A DNA stretch of 64,000 bases from Selaginella moellendorffii (taxonomy: Eukaryota; Plantae; Lycopodiophyta). Each line of letters starts with the position of its first letter. Positions within the stretch are counted from its first letter, which is position 1. Made by a program: the position numbers and the translations under genes. The notes beneath the pieces are model-generated. The model did not search any database, was not told the origin of the DNA, and saw only the letters and a list, made by a program, of their open reading frames with translations. Shown here one piece after another: positions 1 through 11,601 of this stretch. The DNA is taken from the NCBI RefSeq assembly GCF_000143415.4, contig NW_003314321.1:878236-942235 (forward strand). The letters are read 5' to 3'.

Positions 1-1385
1 GCATTGGTGTGATGCACATGGTCACGACGAACAACGCTGAAATTGAGAGGCTGCGAAAATGCTTGGCAGAGGCCGAGAATTTAGTCCAGGTGTTGCAGCG
101 AGCAGCAGACCGCGGTGCGGTCGAACGTTCTACGGGCCTAGACTCTGCTGGGAGTAATCTGACGACGGAACAGCAGGGAAACATGGCCGAGTTGGAAGCG
201 CAACTTGAAGCTGAATTGGAGTTGATGCAGCTTAACTCGAACGATTCGACCGAGGAGGAAAGCCATTTTTATTTTGTTTGTTTTCGTTTTTGTACTGAAA
301 TTTTCTGCGCGTATGTCTGCAGCTGGATGCCGAAGTGGTACATAGCGAACTGAACGCCAGTGGTTTGCCTGGAGTTTCAGACATTGACGAGGACGATAAG
401 AATCACTCCCATGGTGAGGGGAACACCACAAACTGGGCGGTTTCTCCAAGAGAGCTTGATCGAAGGCTCAGAATGCTCATCGAAACCAGGCAAGAGGAGC
501 GCATTGCCCAGCTAGAAGAAGACCTCCAACATGCTGAAAACCAGCTTCACGACACAGAGATGGAGCTTCAAATGTGGAAAGACCGTGTCTTTCGCTTGAC
601 AGGGATGACTCTGTCGACCTCAGGTATGGCTCTTCGTCTTCTATTTACTCCCCAACCTTTTGTCTACTGTAGGGAACAAGGAAGAAAATTCATTCGATCG
701 CTGCAAGCCTGGAGAGCAGAGCCCCTCGGAAGACATCTGTGACGAGTTCCTCAAGTCTGTATTTCTTAGCCGCCAAAACTCGCTCAGGGATCAGGCTGGT
801 GCTTCGAGCTGCAGCATTTCCGAGTGTGGAGAAAGCTGGCAACGGCAAGCTTCCGGCACCACCCCGGAGAATTATCTCAGTGGAGGAGCAGGCATGGACA
901 TCGAGCCGGGAGGCTTCCAGCACAATCGAAACAGCAGCACCGACTTGGAGCAGGAGAGAAAAACCACGCCACCATGGAGCTACAGCAGTGTTTTCGCGGT
1001 CACCCACGCGGGTTCTACCACTCCGATCCAAGACGTGCGCTCCAGCAAGCTCTTCAACACACCCCGGGCTCTCAGATTGCGAAACGGTGCGCTGGTGCTG
1101 GACAAGATACGGTACTGGGAAAACCTCGCCAGGGGCAGCGTCAAGTCGGAGGCTCACACACCTCCAGCGGAGGAAGAAAACGCGACGCAGGGGAACGATC
1201 AGAGCTCTCCTCCGGTGCGATTCAGCTGCTCCGATGGCTCCTCCCGCGACGATAGCTCGGCGTCCGATACGGAAGAAGGCGGGCAGGGTCACGTTTTGAT
1301 CAAGAGGATCGTCGAGAAGTCGAGGAAAGGATCGACGCTGCTCAAAGACGTGGAGAGAATGCTGGCTGCGCTAGATAGTGAGTGA
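1..1385 (+). CDS. POLAR-like coiled-coil protein, 5' end outside window. Exons <1..~257 (or 275), 323..623, 673..1385
   Basis: Motifs MAELEAQLEAELELMQLN and VSPRELDRRLRMLIETRQEERIAQLEEDLQHAENQLHDTEMELQMWKDR match the POLAR family as I recall it. GT-AG intron 624..672 joins ORF 335..742 to ORF 660..1385 in frame. Confidence 0.7.
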
Positions 1386-1538
1386 CCGTCGTCTTTTTTT
1401 TCTTTATTTTTTTCGTTTTTTTTCCGTTCTAAGCTCTTCCCTGTACATCAAAGTTTACGCAAGTTTTGTAAAGCCCACAAAGAAGAAAGAAGAAGAAAAA
1501 AATATTTCTTTGACACCTCTAAGCTTGATCTTGCGTTT

Positions 1539-2560
1539 CTAGAAAATAATTTCGGGTGAATCGGCCAAAAAACCGTCCACCAGCATCTTAACATCGTCGT
1601 TAACCTTTCGCTTCTTCTTGTCGACTCTAACTTTCTTCTCGCGCGCGCGCTCTCTCGCGTTGATCTTGAAAGCTCCAAACTGGGGGTGATCGCTGAGGAC
1701 ATACTCCACCAGCGAGAAGCTCAAATCGCTGCTGTGCTGCTCGGTAGCGATGTAAGACAAGTTACGCTTCTCCACTTTGAGGCCGCGGAGGACAAAGCTT
1801 TCCTGCTTGCCTTGCTGCTTCCAGTGGCAGCCCTCGATCGTGGTGTTGTCTCGCTGGGATGATCGCTTCCATTTCAATGGCGCGATCAAGGTGATCGTGC
1901 TGGAGCCTGTGGCAACCGATCAATCGCTAGACAATGAGAGACGGGAAGGAATACCTGGTGTGATCACATTCCAGGGGTGTTTGCTGAAAAAGTTTGTATC
2001 CGGTATGATCTCGTTGATCCTCTGGTTAGAAATCCAGTCCTCCAAGCACTCAACGATTCGATCCGCGCTCAGTACATCGGGACGTCTCTGATCACAAACC
2101 CAAAAGAAAAACAAGAGTGGAGCTTTCGCTTTCCAGCCGAAATCCAGAGAGCACGAACCTTTCCTTGCGAGCGCGAGAGTTTTGCGTGAGACCATCTACA
2201 GAAATCGTGGACCCGTATGCCGCCCGACGCTGTTGTCTCCACACACACCGGGAGATCGCATCCCGGAAGCTCGCATTTCCTGGCGACGATGCTCTGCGTC
2301 TGATCGAGGCACTCCAAGGCGTGGCGCTTGCAGCAGAAGTCGTGATCGCCGCTCCACACTGGATGGTTGCAAGACGAGAGCTGGCAGCGGCCATCGAGCT
2401 TTGGCGGATTGAGCAGCAGTCCATTGTTGCGACGCACCATCTCCATCAGGTGATGGGTTTTTCCGCAGCATTCGTGCTGCTTGCCACTGCTCTCTTCAAA
2501 GAATGCGAGCTTCGTGCAGCCCGGAAGAGCACACGGAATCGCTGCTCCGCTCGCTGCCAT
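1539..2560 (-). CDS. ~300-aa protein: three Cys/His zinc-finger-like repeats plus a divergent NAC-like domain. Exons 2560..2159, 2087..1955, 1906..1539
   Basis: GT-AG introns 2158..2088 and 1954..1907 join three ORFs into one 903-nt frame. Repeats: CALPGC..CCGKTH, CQLSSC..FCCKRH, CELPGC..FCRWSH. NAC-like motifs: IIPDTNFFSKHPWNV, TTIEGCHWKQQGK, EKRNLSY, FSLVEYVL. Confidence 0.65.
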
Positions 2561-2833
2561 AGAGGAGTGGAAGAAACGCTTCTCTCCTCTCAGCTTTACT
2601 AAAAATTTGCCTTAAATTTTTATGGCCTTAATGGATTTTTTGTTGGATATCGTACCTTTCTAATCTTTAGATTTAGCCAAAGGTTTGCAGTACGAATCTT
2701 TTCTAGATCCAACGTTTCCATGGTACGTAAATCAATCGTCTTAGGTTTGTAGATCACTACTTTGATTTGATTAAGTCATCTTTATACCACCACAAAATTT
2801 TATTCTAACATTGGTGATAGAATTTTATCAAAT

Positions 2834-4522
2834 TTACCCTTGGAAGTGGATGTTTGAGAGAAGAACATAAGAGCTAGGGCAAGAGGGTTCTAATTGTAAA
2901 GCTCTCTCTGCAGCACTACTTCCCTGTTCTAGATCACTACTTGTGTGACACGCACCAAGAACAGAGGTCCAGGCCATACAATCTGCTTGGTAAGGCATAG
3001 CCGCAATCACATCCCTCGCATCTCTCAGCCTCCCTGCCCTCCCTAATGCATCGATCAGGCACCGGTAGTGATTGGCACTTCTCTCCAACCCGAAGTCCAT
3101 GGAGATGGAAGCGAATTTGGTGATGGCGTCGGGCATGAATCCGCCATGGCCGCACGCGGACAGCACGCTCACGAAGCTGATCTCGTCCAGCTCGAATCCC
3201 CTGAGATTCATCGCCGGGAAGAGATCCAAGGCGAGATTGTTTTGGCCACCGCGGGTGTAGATGGCAATCATCGCGTTCCAGGATTCGGTGCTGGGATCTG
3301 GCAACCGATCGAAGAGGCTCTTGGCCTCTGTCAATCTCCCGCATCTGCCATAGAGATTGAGAAGCGCGTTGCTTAAGACTTGGTCGGATTGGTACCCGAG
3401 GTGGATGATCTCCTGGTGTAGGAGCTTTCCTCGTGCTAGATCGCTCCCATCGGCACAGGCATCCACTACTGTGATGAAGCTCACGGCGTCAGGCTGGATT
3501 CCTTCCAGATCCATGGCGCTGAAGAGCTGTATTGCCTCGAGAGATTGTTGGCTCTTGGAGTACGCGACGAGCATTGCAGTCCACGAGACGATATTTCGAT
3601 CGGGCATGGCGTCGAAGAGATTCTTTGCCTGCTCAAATTGCCCACTCTCGGCATACGCTGCTAGCATCGCCGTGGACGAGATCACATTAAGCTCGGGCAT
3701 CTGATCATGCAAAGCTCTAGCGCGATCAATCTCCCCGGCTTCTAAGAACCCTAACAAGAGCGCCGTCCAGGAGAGAGCGTTGCGCTCGGGCATGGAGTGG
3801 AACATTGACATGGCTTGCGGCAATTGGCCGTTCTGGGCATATGCTGCCACCATGGCAGTCCACGTCACGAGGTTCCTCTCCGGGATGGCATCAAAGAGCC
3901 GTTGGGCCTCTGCCAGCTCGGAACAGTCGGCGTACGCAACGATAATGGTCGTCCACGTCACTACGTTCCGTGCTGGCATTTCCTCGAACGTCGATCTTGC
4001 CCGAGCGAGATCTCCACCGTTGGCAAACGCGGCCATGAGCGTCGTCCACGACACCACGTTGTGCTCGGGCATCTCCTGGAAGAGACGCTGGGCGGGATGC
4101 AAATGCCCGGCCTGGGAATATGCGGCGAGCATTGCGTTCCAGGATACCAGGTCCCTTTCGGGCATATTCTCGAAGATGCCGCTGGCTTCGTGGATCTGGC
4201 CATTGGCGACGCACGCCTGGAAGAGGATGTTCCAGGAGAAGCGATTAGGGATTGGGATGGCGGCGAAGGCGCGGCGCGCGTCGTCTAGGCGGCCGCAGCG
4301 GCCATACATCTCGATGACGAGATTGTGAAGGTAGATGCTCGGTAATCCGCGAACGCTGTCGTGAATCTGCCGTGCCGTGACGATGTCATCGCAGGATTTG
4401 ATCGATCGGGCCCAGGCGGCGTCGGGAGATTGCTCCATCGCAGCCGCATTGGGAAATATTTCGGTGGGAGAGGCTCGCGATTCCGTGGCGGGGACGAAGG
4501 CGCCTGGCAAGAAATGCGGCAT
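2834..4522 (-). CDS. PLS-class pentatricopeptide repeat protein with E domain, no DYW (562 aa, intronless)
   Basis: Tandem ~31-aa repeats (MPERNVVSWTT...AYAQNG...A..LF). C-terminus HYRCLIDALGRAGRL...WTSVLGAC...LEPSCPSSYVLLSNI. Confidence 0.93.
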   Translation of the reverse strand: MPHFLPGAFVPATESRASPTEIFPNAAAMEQSPDAAWARSIKSCDDIVTARQIHDSVRGLPSIYLHNLVIEMYGRCGRLDDARRAFAAIPIPNRFSWNILFQACVANGQIHEASGIFENMPERDLVSWNAMLAAYSQAGHLHPAQRLFQEMPEHNVVSWTTLMAAFANGGDLARARSTFEEMPARNVVTWTTIIVAYADCSELAEAQRLFDAIPERNLVTWTAMVAAYAQNGQLPQAMSMFHSMPERNALSWTALLLGFLEAGEIDRARALHDQMPELNVISSTAMLAAYAESGQFEQAKNLFDAMPDRNIVSWTAMLVAYSKSQQSLEAIQLFSAMDLEGIQPDAVSFITVVDACADGSDLARGKLLHQEIIHLGYQSDQVLSNALLNLYGRCGRLTEAKSLFDRLPDPSTESWNAMIAIYTRGGQNNLALDLFPAMNLRGFELDEISFVSVLSACGHGGFMPDAITKFASISMDFGLERSANHYRCLIDALGRAGRLRDARDVIAAMPYQADCMAWTSVLGACHTSSDLEQGSSAAERALQLEPSCPSSYVLLSNIHFQG

Positions 4523-4989
4523 TTCGACGCCTCCACCGGCATTTGCAGGTAAGATGTGGATGCCTGATCGATAATCAATCGCGATTTCTTCGCATGATTT
4601 CTTTGCTTTCTTGAGTGATGGCTTCTTTCTTCTCTACACATTGCTTAGGTGTTCTTCCTGGTTTTTCTCTCGTCCATTCGCTGGCTGTCTTGTTCCACAC
4701 GCTCTAGCGTGGCGGCGAGATTACGCTAAGAAATTTGGTGCCTAAGGTTTTAGGGCTTTAGGGCTCTCGTGCACGCTCTTCCTCTTTGGGTTGCTGACGC
4801 ATCTGTCTGTAGGGACATCCTAGATTCTCGCGCAGGACAAGTGATTATCTCCAAGGAGCAGCAACAAGTAGCACCGATGAGCGCATCATTAAAACCAAGT
4901 AAGCTGCTTCATCTTTGGCTTGAGAGCTCACGAGAGAGGCTATGTAAGCACTGAGCTATGGCTGCATTCCTTGCTTCTACGAGGTTCTC

Positions 4990-6096
4990 ATGGGTGTATG
5001 CCTTGTTTCAGCTCATGTATGGTCAGCCGTGTCGAGATGGCTCCGGTGGCAAGGCGGGGATGACAATGTAGCCGAGACGTCCGTGGTGCTGGATGTGGAG
5101 CAAGAGTACCAGAGGGCGATCAGGACGGATTCGTATGTGGAGTTTGCGGAGAGGGTGGCCGTGGCTCGACTAAACAGGGAGACTGGAACTAGTGTTCAGG
5201 GGTCCGTCTCGCCAATGCCGAGATCGTTCGAGCGGCTTGCTGCCGCCTTGCTGGAGCCCGAAGAGGATAAGATCCTTGCGCTTCTCACCACGAACAAGGA
5301 GTTGGGGAAGAGACCCGAGATCCATCAGCTGGTTTCCGAGTACCTGGAGGAGAGCCGGAAGTCGTCCGCGCTCTGGGCTTCGCTCCTCAAGAGCATCCAA
5401 AGCTCCCGGGACAGGTGCCAGGAGATTGGTGGCATCCTCAAGAGCCAGACAAGCGACCAAGAGATCTTACGCGAGCTTTGCTCCATCGACGAGGGTGAGA
5501 ATCTCTTCTCGGTAGCGGTGGTGCAGCAGTTCCAGCCGCTCCACGACCATTGCCTCGGCATGCAGAAGAAGCTGGACAAGATCCGGAAGAAAGTCGGGAA
5601 GAAGCTCCGGCTCACAAGGGCGTGCCTCAAGGTCTCGACGGTGATCTTGTCCATTGGTTGCTTCATCGTGCTCCTGGTGACGACGCTTGCGCTGTTCCTG
5701 GCGGTGGCGGCGCTTGTCGTCGGCTGCAAAGTCTTCACGTTCCCGATCGGCTACGTGGTCCGGCGCCTCAATCTCCGCAAGAGGAAGAAGCTCAACGCTC
5801 TCGAGAGGCAGTGGAGGCAAGTGGAAGCCGTGAGCCAGGGGACTTTCGTGGTGGTCCAGGATCTAGACACGACGAGGAGGCTGGTGATGAGGCTGGGCAG
5901 CGAGATCGACTTCACCAACAAGGCGGTGGCGTTCTCGATCCGGCACCGCGAAGATCGATCGATGCTCAGCCAGTCGCTGGAGCGATTGAGGCGGAACCAA
6001 ATGATTCTAAGCCAGCTCTTGGACGATCTCGAGGTGAACATCTACCTCTCCTTCATGAGCATCAACAACACTCGCCGAGAAGTTTGCAGGCAGTGA
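4990..6096 (+). CDS. UPF0496/DUF677-family membrane protein (368 aa, intronless)
   Basis: DVEQEYQRAIRTDSYVEF, LLEPEE, central hydrophobic segment, GTFVVVQDLDTTRRLVMRL and LDDLEVNIYLSFMSINNTR are typical of DUF677. Confidence 0.85.
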   Translation: MGVCLVSAHVWSAVSRWLRWQGGDDNVAETSVVLDVEQEYQRAIRTDSYVEFAERVAVARLNRETGTSVQGSVSPMPRSFERLAAALLEPEEDKILALLTTNKELGKRPEIHQLVSEYLEESRKSSALWASLLKSIQSSRDRCQEIGGILKSQTSDQEILRELCSIDEGENLFSVAVVQQFQPLHDHCLGMQKKLDKIRKKVGKKLRLTRACLKVSTVILSIGCFIVLLVTTLALFLAVAALVVGCKVFTFPIGYVVRRLNLRKRKKLNALERQWRQVEAVSQGTFVVVQDLDTTRRLVMRLGSEIDFTNKAVAFSIRHREDRSMLSQSLERLRRNQMILSQLLDDLEVNIYLSFMSINNTRREVCRQ

Positions 6097-6795
6097 AAAA
6101 AACACTCGAGCCAAGAATATTCTACAGGACCCGAATATTCGGCTACTGGTCAGCGGTGCCGTACTTTTGACCGTACGGCCGCGTGCGTTTAGAAATTGTT
6201 CCAGAATATGCAGTCCACGAATCCAGCTGTATCTCGGGGAGTGGCACGTGTCAGGCAATCGTTTGCTCCGTAACACCGGTAACTAACACTGGTTAAAGTT
6301 TTGGCGAGCCGTGGTGGCCGTTTGAAGGCACAAACCTCGCGTCGCGCGGTTTGCGCCCCGCGCGATTTGATGGGCTGCGACCTCTTCATTCTATTCATTC
6401 TCTTGTTCATTCCACTCTCTCTCTTTTTCTGCCCATTTCTTTCTTGATCCACCGCCGGGGTTTTCGATCGATCGCCAAGAAGCGCTGCGGAGACGCGCAT
6501 TTCGACCCTCGGCGGTAAGATTTGTGGCCGATGCGTTTTGTTGCGAGGCAAGAATCTTGCTTCCCTAGCTCGTCTTCCGTCCATCGGCCAGATGAGAAGA
6601 TTCGAGCTCCAAAAGCCGGAGAAATGCTGTGAGGAGGCTCGGATTTCGGGATCTTTCTTCGAGAATGCAGGTCGAGGGGATGGATTGGCCCTAGGAAGTG
6701 GGAGTGGTTTCACGTAGCATAGAATTTCTAGAAAGGGAGCTGTACATACTAGTCTAGATTAGCATCCCAGTCTTTAGCACTCGAATGCTTTGGCG

Positions 6796-7972
6796 ATGGC
6801 TCGCAGCGATCCGGATTGGGCTTCGTGGCACGATGATTCCTTCAAGCTGGATGCCGATTCTCCATTGGGTATAGCATTTGAGTTACATTTCATTTTCACG
6901 TGAGAGCTGACGACTTTACTTCTTTTTTTTTTTAGCTATTTCTCGATCACTCTGGGATGAGCTCTCGCAAAGTGAGGCGGATTCGCGAACTTTGTTCGCC
7001 TCGACGCCTGCGGCGGACATTACTGAGCCATTTCTATCATCTTTGTCTCATCCAGGTGCGAAGTTTATCCTTTTGGCTTCTTTCTCAAGTCGTATCTTTG
7101 ATGCACAGGCGGCTCTCAAAACCACTGTGATGAGCAAGATAGCCCTCGCCAGAAGAGGAGACGAATGCTTTTCTTCTCGGGACTACAACCGCAGGAGGGC
7201 TCATCAATCCAAGACTACGAGGTACAATTCAAAGCGACCTTTAGTCAGCTAAAGTTTTAATGTTCTGTAGATCTCAGAGCGTGCTCAAGAAAACCCGTCT
7301 TGGTGCCAAGGTACGGTTTGTAAGGTCAGTTAACTTCTTGGTAATTTTGCCATGCAGAGGATTCTCTCGAAGATAACCTGGAGCAGCCGAGTGATTGCTG
7401 GATGGAAACTTGCTTTAATGACTCTGATGAACACAATATGGAAGTTGTCCCTTGCAAAAAAATCCAGGTGCCTTTGTGCCATACTGCCAGTGAGATCCCA
7501 AGTACCGATATTTCTGCTTTCTGCCTTCTTTGTCACTTTCTTTTCTAAGCTGTTTGTCTATGTCAGGTAATTTACAGGATAACTCCAACAGAGGCCCCGA
7601 GACACCAATCTCGGGTAGAGGTGAGAGGCTTTTTAATATGTTGTCCCGGATTTTCTAACATGTTCTACATACTTTACAGGTAGAAAGAAACATCGTGTGC
7701 AGGGTCGGCAGAAGCTGACGAGCCCCGTCGCGTATCCATTCGCTCTACTGAAACCGTGTGGCGCGACTGGCGATATAACGTTGAGCGATTTAAACGAGAG
7801 AATTCAGACCCCGAGAGCGAAACCCATCGTGAGGCGGTTAAGTGGCGAGCTCGGTGATTCGGAGTCCTCTCAGAGCCTGGGAGCAGGACTATCTGGAAAA
7901 TCCGTCGTAGCTCTGACTAAGATCCATACCGAAGGGAACGGTTCAATTACGATAATGCGAACTAAAGGATGA
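6796..7972 (+). CDS. XRI1: XRI1-like protein (multi-exon; internal exon boundaries approximate)
   Basis: Last exon VAYPFALLKPCGATGDITLSDLNERI...GLSGKSVVALTKIHTEGNGSITIMRTKG* is the XRI1 C-terminal signature. Upstream exons give LWDELSQSE and CWMETCFNDS, separated by short GT-AG introns. Confidence 0.8.
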
Positions 7973-8242
7973 CTTCGTGACTCATCGTTAAGACTTAAAA
8001 GACTTAAACTCATTGTTAACGTTTTATTTCAGATCAGCGAGAAAACGTCGAGATCTGGCGGTCATGCATGCATGCAGCGTAAGTTGTCTCAAGTCCCTGT
8101 TAGTGTGTATAAATATCGTGTTGGTTGTTGCAGGTTGTAATCACGACTTCCTCTTATCGGCTTTTCTTTCGACTGTAAGTTGTGTTGCAACTTTCTTCGC
8201 TTTGCTGACAAGTGATGCTTTTGTAGGAAGCGAGGAGAAAAA

Positions 8243-9605
8243 ATGGCAGCAGCAAATATGGTGCTGTGGATGGTGCTGGGATTGCTGGTGAGTTCCTGTC
8301 ACGCAGACGGTAAAGACTATCCTCCAAAACCTTACAAAGAAGAGTGTCCGCCACCGCCTTACTCTTATCCCGAAGAATGTCCGCCACCGCCTTATTATCC
8401 CGAAGAATGCCCGCCACCTCCTGAAGAATGCCCTCCTCCTCCTACGCCTCCTCCTACTGAAGAATGCCCGCCTTCGCCATATCCACCACCTGCTGACAAT
8501 GTCGACTGTTCCAAGTGTACGTGTATCTGTGGAGCCTGTCCAAAGTGTGAAGCTTACCCGCCTCCGAAATGCCCCGAAGTCCATTGTCCCGATGTCAAGT
8601 GTCCTAAGTGCGACTGTCCCGACTGCCCGAAGTGTCCTCCCGAGAAGGTGTGTCCTCCCGAGAAGGTTTGTCCTCCCGAGAAAGTTTGTCCTCCCGAGAA
8701 AGTGTGTCCTCCTCCAAAGGAGTGCAAGCCTTGCAAGGAGTGTTCCCCTCCAAAGGACCATCCTCCTGAAAAGTGTCCCAAGTGTGATGCTTGCGACAAA
8801 CCATACAAGCCATGGCCGGAAGCTGCGGAGACTTTTGCTCCTGAGGATGTCTCGCTGATAAATGGACTCCTGTCGGTGGAGTATGCTCTCAATGGATACT
8901 ACAAGAACGCGGCCTCCAGCAGCTTCAAGGACGTGACCGTGAAAAAGCTGGTTGGCGATTACAAGGCTCAGACTGACAGCCACATCAAGTAACTCCTCTC
9001 AACTCTTTTCCTTCCATATGTTAACCCCTTGTGCTTGTGTAGAGCTTTGAGCGGGCTGCTCAAGGAACAGGCAACGAACGAGCCACAGATGAATCTTAAC
9101 ACCACCGTCTTCTCAAAGATGATGACTTCGGCCACCGGCAAGCAGAGGACGTTTGATGCTTACTCATCCGGAACGAACTCTTTGTTGGCGGCGTCTACTC
9201 TCGTTCCTCTGGCGTCTGGCGTCTCTACTTCCATGCTTGCCCAACTCCAAGGCCAAGCTGCCAAGAGCGTAAGTTTGATCTCTCTCCTTTTCCTCTTCGT
9301 CTTGATAATCTGTTTTGCTGCAGCTGGTGGCTGGGGTCTCGAGCTCTCTGGCCGGGCAGACGGGTGCTGTTAACGCGATGCTCCTCCAGCGAGCCAGCGA
9401 CAGCGTTGCCAAAGGCCTGACCGTGGGAGAAGCGTCGCAAAACTTATCAGCGTTTGAGCAGTCACTCCAGGCGACGCCATCGTCGTCCTCGAGCAGCAGC
9501 AACACAACAGTTGAGGTCTCGGCCGCGCAGTTCTCGGGCGCTGCTCTAACTCTTGACGCAACGCAAGCTCTGGCCGTGCTCAAGCAAATGGGAATTCTCA
9601 CGTAA
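8243..9605 (+). CDS. Secreted Pro/Cys-repeat protein fused to a divergent PCC13-62-like (Ferritin_2) domain. Exons 8243..8988, 9043..9268, 9324..9605
   Basis: N-terminal signal peptide; EECPPPP and CPPEKV repeats; then DVSLINGLLSVEY..QTDSHIK..PQMNLNTTVFSKMM..FDAYSSGTNSLLAASTLVP..LVAGVSSSLAGQTGAVNAMLLQRA, which aligns by eye to desiccation-related PCC13-62. Both introns are GT-AG and keep frame. Confidence 0.75.
8341..8780 (+). repeat. Coding tandem repeats: EECPPPP units and an 18-nt CPPEKV unit x4 (~8633-8712)
   Basis: tgtcctcccgagaa(a/g)gt(g/t) repeated four times; gaagaatgcccgcc-like units upstream. Confidence 0.85.
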
Positions 9606-10002
9606 TCAACCAACAATGGGAGAGCCATCCATCTCTTGGGACGTGTTCTCCCGAGAGAATAAAACTAAGTTACGCTGACGTAACGACTAATAAGAAATCA
9701 AAGCTCACACACTACTTTTTCTTCTTTGCGCCATCTTTTGATACTACTACCAATGAATTGTTCTTTCTCGAATGACCACGTTTTTAGCTGATCAAATTCT
9801 AACATGGCCAAGTTTTTGTCTAGAATCGCTTGACTTGGGCTTCGACCACTTTAAAATATTTCCATCAGCGCGAAAGCTCATTGCTCATGATGTTCTGTTT
9901 ATTTCTTCCTTTTTCTTTCTTCTGGTCCGGTTAGCAGGCCACCTCGAATAAATAAATGTCAAAACTTGGGATGAATGGTACACAAAACTTTTAGTCTTGC
10001 GA

Positions 10003-10987
10003 TCAGGCGGGCAAGTGGAGCTTGACGTTGTTCTTCCAGCTACAAGCAAAACAAAAGAACGTACATATGGTGAATGAGCATAGAAACAAAAGCACTAGTT
10101 CACTCTGTCACAGACCTGTGAATATAGTAGTAGAAGAAATCAGCATAAAGAGCTGTTTGTACTGCCCCGGAGATCCAAGCTGAGAATTGTGCCACAAGAA
10201 AATCAGACCTTCACCACAAAACGCTAGAATTTTAAAAGAAACTCACGTATCCACTGCACGTAGTGCTTCTCTGTCATGTACCGGTAAGCCCAGTTGACGA
10301 TATACAGCGCCCTGTAAGCTCTGCGAGAGAGAAAAATCGAGTTTTTAACACACCACAAAGCACAAATTTCATACCCCAATAGAAAAACGTAGTTTCCCGT
10401 CAGATTGTCGATGTTCCTCGTCCTCTGGAGTAGAACCAGCTGCGGGAAGATGGCCACGGCCTCCAAGTAAATCGAGAAAGTCCAGGCAACCTGGAACGAA
10501 AGAGAGAGAGAAAGAAAAGGTAGAGCTTTGGTGATGGACGAGAGCCAAAGCAAAGATTGTGTGGAAGGAAATGTACCTCGAGAAACGTAAACTTCTTGTG
10601 GATCACGAGCGCCAGGAGCAAGCACGGAAGCACAAGGAAGTAGTGCCGGAACGTGTCTTGCTCCTTGTCATACGTTCGGCGCACCAGTTTGTGGCGCCGC
10701 ATGTACCACACGATGGTCATGGACGTGGAAAGGAAGATGATCTTCATGACGAAGTTGTAGAGCGAGACAAAGTCTGTGAACAAATCGAGGTAGCGCGCCA
10801 CGAAAACCAGCGCGTAGAGCTCCTGCGTCTTGAGCGAGATCCCTGCGTTTTAAAGTTTTGAGAAGAATCGCCTCTTTGATCGATGCCATACCATACCTGC
10901 GCAATTCTTGATGGTGTGGATTTTGAGCAGCAGCACCACAATGCTGAGAAGATGCGTCATGTCGCCTGCTAAGCGGAAGAGATTCAT
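10003..10987 (-). CDS. ERD2: ER lumen protein-retaining (KDEL/HDEL) receptor, multi-exon
   Basis: MNLFRLAGDMTHLLSIVVLLLKI, GISLKTQELYALVFVARYLDLF, WTFSIYLEAVAIFPQLVLLQRTRNIDNLTGNYVFLLGAYRALY; ends SWKNNVKLHLPA*. Confidence 0.95.
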
Positions 10988-11601
10988 CGTGTCGCGCTCC
11001 TCCTCCAAAAGCTATGGATCAAAGATCTGCGCGCCTAGAAATCCCACATTTCACCCTATTTGCGCCAAATTCCGCGCTCCCCCTGGCTGTAGAGCTCGCC
11101 AGCGCTGTGAATCTACCGAGATTTCCACTAGATCTGCAAGATCGCCTACCCAAGCCCAAAAGCCCTAGCCCAGATCTAGCCAACGTCTGGAATTAAAAGC
11201 TCCGTGAGCCGTCGATCTTCATTCCGGATCCAACGGCTGGCGTGGCGGATTAAACCCTCAACTACGTCGAATGTATAAAAGAAAAACTATTTGATTCTAA
11301 GAGAAGAGGGCACGCACACAGAGGACACTGGAAAATGGAGAGGGGGAGCTGTGACGAAGACGCTCTAGGTTTCCAAGCTATGCGCAGCGGCGAGATGGAA
11401 GAACCCTAGGCGCGGCGGTGGAGCAACGGCGACGCGAGGTAGGAGATAGGAATCCATCGCTCGGTCGCTGCAGCGTGTGTGCCGAAATCTTTGGATTCTT
11501 GCGTCCTAGCGCTGCATTTCGCTTTCTTGCGATCATTCATCACCTCGATGATCCAATGGAGGATGAAATATGGCCTGTGTGGTTGCAGACATTGGACGAC
11601 C

